The notes below the pieces were generated by a model. The model did no database searches. It had not been told where the DNA came from and saw only the letters and a list, made by a program, of their open reading frames with translations. A program made the translations under genes and the position numbers. A DNA stretch of 63,916 nucleotides, filler included, from Octopus bimaculoides (Eukaryota), in assembly GCF_001194135.2 (NCBI RefSeq). It is 5 parts of 5 records of this genome, joined end to end, with 100 filler letters (N's around TTAATTAATTAA, not from the genome) between each part and the next. Parts side by side here need not be neighbours in the genome. Positions count along the whole stretch, not along the records: positions 61,751 to 63,916 come from NW_026416792.1; 4 more parts are not named here. One strand, written 5' to 3'. Below are positions 63,882 to 63,916 of the stretch, piece after piece; position 1 is the stretch's first letter, and each line of letters starts with the position of its first letter.

Positions 63882-63916
<35 letters not shown>

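Overview
AT-rich, microsatellite-rich eukaryotic scaffold with many N gaps. The repeat content and (TTAGGG)n motif point to a coleoid cephalopod, probably Octopus (inference). The only host gene I can support is the 3' half of mitochondrial methylmalonyl-CoA mutase (MMUT, + strand): 8 visible GT-AG exons from 36155 to the stop at 51390. The exon carrying the cobalamin-binding DxHxxG motif is not visible and most likely lies in the gap at 46068-46489. The rest is mobile DNA: several tRNA-headed SINE families with swapped head and tail modules, RTE-type, R4/Dong-like and Penelope-like retroelement fragments, a decayed Tigger/pogo element, a mariner remnant, piggyBac-like MITEs and Helitron ends. 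Four observations stand out. (1) Four hammerhead-ribozyme-like motifs, including a head-to-head inverted pair at 11.1-12.4 kb with identical cores. (2) Two unrelated DNA transposon structures carrying telomeric repeats: an 8-bp-TSD foldback with converging TTAGGG/CCCTAA tracts, and a Helitron-like unit bracketing a ~1.5 kb interstitial TTAGGG array. (3) A complete 2x2 matrix of SINE heads and tails. (4) A candidate spliced transcript converging on the MMUT 3' end. Boundaries of degenerate repeats are approximate, and no database search or folding program was run.
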